Below are positions 23,142 through 24,000 of a DNA stretch of 24,000 bases, piece after piece. The notes beneath the pieces were generated by a model. The model worked only from the letters and a program-made list of their open reading frames with translations. It did no database searches and was not told where the DNA came from. This stretch comes from Bacillota bacterium. GTDB taxonomy: Bacteria; Bacillota; Dethiobacteria; DTU022. The position numbers and the translations under genes were made by a program. Numbering within the stretch: position 1 is the first letter of the stretch; every line of letters starts with the position of its first letter. The stretch is taken from contig JAGYMW010000016.1 in NCBI GenBank assembly GCA_018400435.1, positions 13,347-37,346 on the forward strand. The letters are read 5' to 3'.

Positions 23142-24000
23142 CTACCTCCCCAAGATGCCCGATGGTCTTACCAGCAGCAGAATCATGAATAACAGATAAT
23201 AGGCAGCCAGAGTTAAACCCGGGTCTATGGTGTTTACAATACTGCCAATAATGCCCAGAATAAATCCCCCCAGCATGCTCCCCGGAATACTGCCGAGCCC
23301 GCCTAAAACCACCACAATGATTGCAATAATGGTGTACGGCAACCCCATGTTCGTCTGAAGCTGGTAGGCCATGCTGAGCAGAACACCGGCGAAACCGGCC
23401 ATCATAGCTCCAAGGGCAAAACAGAGGGCTAGCATCTTGTTAATGTCCACCCCCATCAAGCTGGCTGCCTCCGGATCCTGGGCTGCTGCTCTGATTGCTT
23501 TTCCCGGCCGGGTCCTGGTGAGGAAAAGATAGAATAGCACACAGAGAAAAACCGCGAAGAAAAGGATTAACATGCGGTTGGCTGAAAAGCGAATGCCCCC
23601 CAAGTATATTGAATAAGCCATAAAAGAATACCCTTTAATCTGAGTCCCCCACAGGTAGATGCCCAGGCTCTGAATTATGAAGAGAATGCCAAAAGCCAGC
23701 AGCATGGAATTGCCCTCGAACGCTGTCGGAACCGGAGTTTTATCTTTCAAGGTTTTAAAAAGATAGCGGTGGACAATAAAACCGAGGATAAAAAGGACCG
23801 GTCCCGCCACGACCAGGCATAAGAGTGGGTTGATACCGAAACTAGTATAAAGCATCCAGGTGATAAAAGCCCCAACCATGATAAATTCTCCGTGGGCAAT
23901 GTTAAAGATACGGGCTACCCCGTACTGCATACTCAGTCCGACGGAGGTCAAAGCATAAATACCCCCCAAAATCAAGCCGTTGACGAGTATATTGATGATA
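23142..24000 (-). CDS. livH: Branched-chain amino acid ABC transporter permease LivH, 5'-partial (continues past window end)
   Basis: The frame stays open to base 24000 (..IINILVNGLILGGIYALTSVGLSMQYGVARIFNIAHGEF), which is the LivH N-terminal signature. The M at 23975 in the ORF track is an internal TTG (Leu) codon. The stop is at 23142. Confidence 0.85.
   Translation of the reverse strand, partial: IINILVNGLILGGIYALTSVGLSMQYGVARIFNIAHGEFIMVGAFITWMLYTSFGINPLLCLVVAGPVLFILGFIVHRYLFKTLKDKTPVPTAFEGNSMLLAFGILFIIQSLGIYLWGTQIKGYSFMAYSIYLGGIRFSANRMLILFFAVFLCVLFYLFLTRTRPGKAIRAAAQDPEAASLMGVDINKMLALCFALGAMMAGFAGVLLSMAYQLQTNMGLPYTIIAIIVVVLGGLGSIPGSMLGGFILGIIGSIVNTIDPGLTLAAYYLLFMILLLVRPSGILGR

Noticed and set aside
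1-24000. A scan for CRISPR arrays, tandem repeats, IS inverted repeats, toxin-antitoxin pairs and defence-system gene sets.
   Set aside because: I saw no periodic repeat-spacer structure, no terminal inverted repeats flanking an ORF, and no unassigned multi-gene block. All intergenic gaps are 350 nt or shorter, and every long ORF has a housekeeping or metabolic assignment.

Overview
This looks like a chromosomal, mostly housekeeping and metabolic window from a Gram-positive anaerobe. The taxon is inferred from Firmicutes-type gene order and AGGAGG-type ribosome-binding sites. All calls come from motif reading by eye; no searches were run.

Layout, left to right:
- (+) A beta-oxidation pair: a crotonase-fold gene (5'-partial) and a thiolase.
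- (-) An MBL-fold hydrolase, then a roughly 90-codon permease remnant.
- (-) The conserved Firmicutes cluster ylxM-ffh-rpsP-ylqC-rimM-trmD-rplS-lepB-rbgA-rnhB-yraN.
- (-) A seven-gene methylmalonyl-CoA pathway operon, in transcription order: EBP-like regulator, sucC, sucD, mutase large subunit, mutase B12 subunit, epimerase, 12S carboxyltransferase.
- (+) tRNA-Leu(UAG).
- (-) cfa.
- (+) Dodecin.
- (-) livH(partial)-M-G-F.

I saw no CRISPR array, transposase, integrase, phage gene or recognisable defence system.

The most unusual item is the regulator that leads the methylmalonyl-CoA operon. It has full enhancer-binding-protein architecture, but GAFTGA reads GAMPGI and the Walker B DE reads KE. 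I found no -24/-12 promoter nearby.

Secondary observations:
- The cfa ORF runs 54 nt into the convergent tRNA-Leu and stops in its anticodon loop.
- Two gene remnants mark a synteny break after yraN.
- Several strong hairpins sit in leader or terminator positions.
- About 11 of 25 start codons appear to be TTG or GTG.
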